64,000 nt of DNA, from assembly GCA_022813865.1 (NCBI GenBank), contig JALDZX010000060.1:1-64000 (forward strand). The letters are read 5' to 3'. Position numbers and translations under genes: made by a program. Numbering within the stretch: position 1 is the first letter of the stretch; each line of letters starts with the position of its first letter. Below are positions 62,732-64,000 of this stretch, in pieces. The DNA is from Xylographa opegraphella (taxonomy: Eukaryota). Under the pieces are notes generated by a model. It searched no databases. It saw only the letters and a program-made list of their open reading frames with translations, and was not told the origin of the DNA.

Positions 62732-64000
62732 TCACAACGCCAAGCCCGAGCCATCGCCCGTCCATCGGTACAGCGAGAGGACCTCCCGCCGCCGCAGCTG
62801 CTGCTCGCCAAAATCTTCCGACACGCGGCCTTTGACCTGCGCAAGGGCGGAGCGCATGACCTTGCGGAAGTTCCGCTGGCCGATGGCGTTAGCGCGATGC
62901 CAAAACGGTCTAGTTTGAAAAATAAAATAAAAATTGGGAAAAACAAAAGACGAATCTTACCTGATACTCCGTATTGAGCGTCACGACGCACGCCTCGTGC
63001 GCGCGCACAATCGTCTCGCACGCCTTCACCACGCTCGGGCTCGCTTCGCCCTGCAACTTGTCGGCGATGAGGAGCAGCAGGAAACTGCCCTGCAGGAGGT
63101 AGATGCCGAAGAAAAAGGGCATGAAGCTGAGGTCGGGGTCGTACTCGAGGATGTCGCTGATGGCTTCGGCGGCGCTGACGGCGTGGCCGGTCGCGCTGAT
63201 GAACGACTGCGAGCTGATCCACAGGTCGTTGTCGTCCAGCAGAGAAATAGGATCCCACTTCCCCGTCAGGAGAATGTGCAGCACGTGCATGACGTGCGTG
63301 CCGTACGCGACCACCGTCTTGGTCTGGATGATGGACTCGGTGATTCGGGACGAATTGGAGTTCGCCGATCGGACGGAAGGGGTCCCCATGTCGCCATTGA
63401 CGTGCTCCGATTCTGTTGGCTCGGTCGAGTGCATGTTCGCAGTGTAGCGTGTTTCGAATTCCTTCAGGCTTCGTCCATACGCCTCCAGTTGCTGCGTGAT
63501 TTCGGCGGCTTGGTCGTCCCATTCATTGCCCCCTCGGAAGCCAAGACCAAATCTGGGATGATTGCGCGCGTGATTGAGGTCGACAATTTCGCCCAGGATC
63601 GTCATCAGGGGTAAAAAGTACCCATAAATACTGTGACCGGTACACTCGAAGCTGGGGCCGGTTCGACGGTACTGTGGAGTATTCGGACTTCCTGAATAGA
63701 TGCTGGAATTTCCCGAATAGAAATCGCCAGCCTGCCAGACCGTGTCGCTGATTGGTTGAAGAAGTCCATCACATTCGATGTCCAGCAGAAACAGCGGGCG
63801 ATTGTAACAGAGTGCCAGATGTCGATCCACGGTATATAGTAACCACCATATCCGCCGGCGCTCTTCACGCTCCTCCTCGCTCACCGTCCCCGGTGGTACT
63901 GGGTCATTGGTGGATCCTGGTATTCCGTTCGCCGGTTCCTGCTCCGCCATGTCAAGATCGACCTCTCCATCCGCATCCGCTTCATCTCCCTGCACATGAT
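62732..64000 (-). CDS. xlnR: Xylanolytic transcriptional activator XlnR/Xyr1, 3' part; exons >64000-62961 and 62875-62732
   Basis: [70 protein letters not shown]...[13 protein letters not shown]. Hallmark XlnR C-terminus with a GT-AG intron. Confidence 0.96.

Noticed and set aside
62722..63614. 266-aa and 226-aa ORFs overlapping xlnR
   Set aside because: Alternative-frame and antisense shadows expected from high GC3. No recognisable motif.

Overview
Filamentous ascomycete (Pezizomycotina) DNA with a sharply two-compartment layout. About 55 kb is extremely AT-rich, RIP-degraded, nested transposon sequence. The rest is three small GC-normal islands holding four intron-containing genes: signal peptidase subunit SPC2 (+, 983-1672), a PXMP4/Tim17-family peroxisomal membrane protein (+, 46833-47650), the C2H2 regulator ACE1/SltA (-, 48188-50858) and the 3' part of the activator XlnR (-, 62732 to the window edge). 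The repeat blocks resolve into three Ty3/Gypsy chromovirus families, one Ty1/Copia family, about seven solo-LTR families (most with 5-bp TSDs and largely un-RIPped) and two MITE-like elements. Main unexplained signals: (1) two different Gypsy families each carry an antisense ORF between the chromodomain and the PPT. After reversing RIP changes, both encode a Zn(II)2Cys6-spaced cluster (C-x2-C-x6-C-x8-C-x2-C-x6-C) plus a coiled-coil-like tail. (2) A 46-bp element, 41/46 identical, sits at the AT-block/gene boundary upstream of both SPC2 and PXMP4, 45 kb apart. (3) A ~375-bp fold-back lies next to the SPC2 promoter. (4) The Copia family appears to have non-canonical TG...CT LTR ends. All calls were made by eye and no database searches were run.
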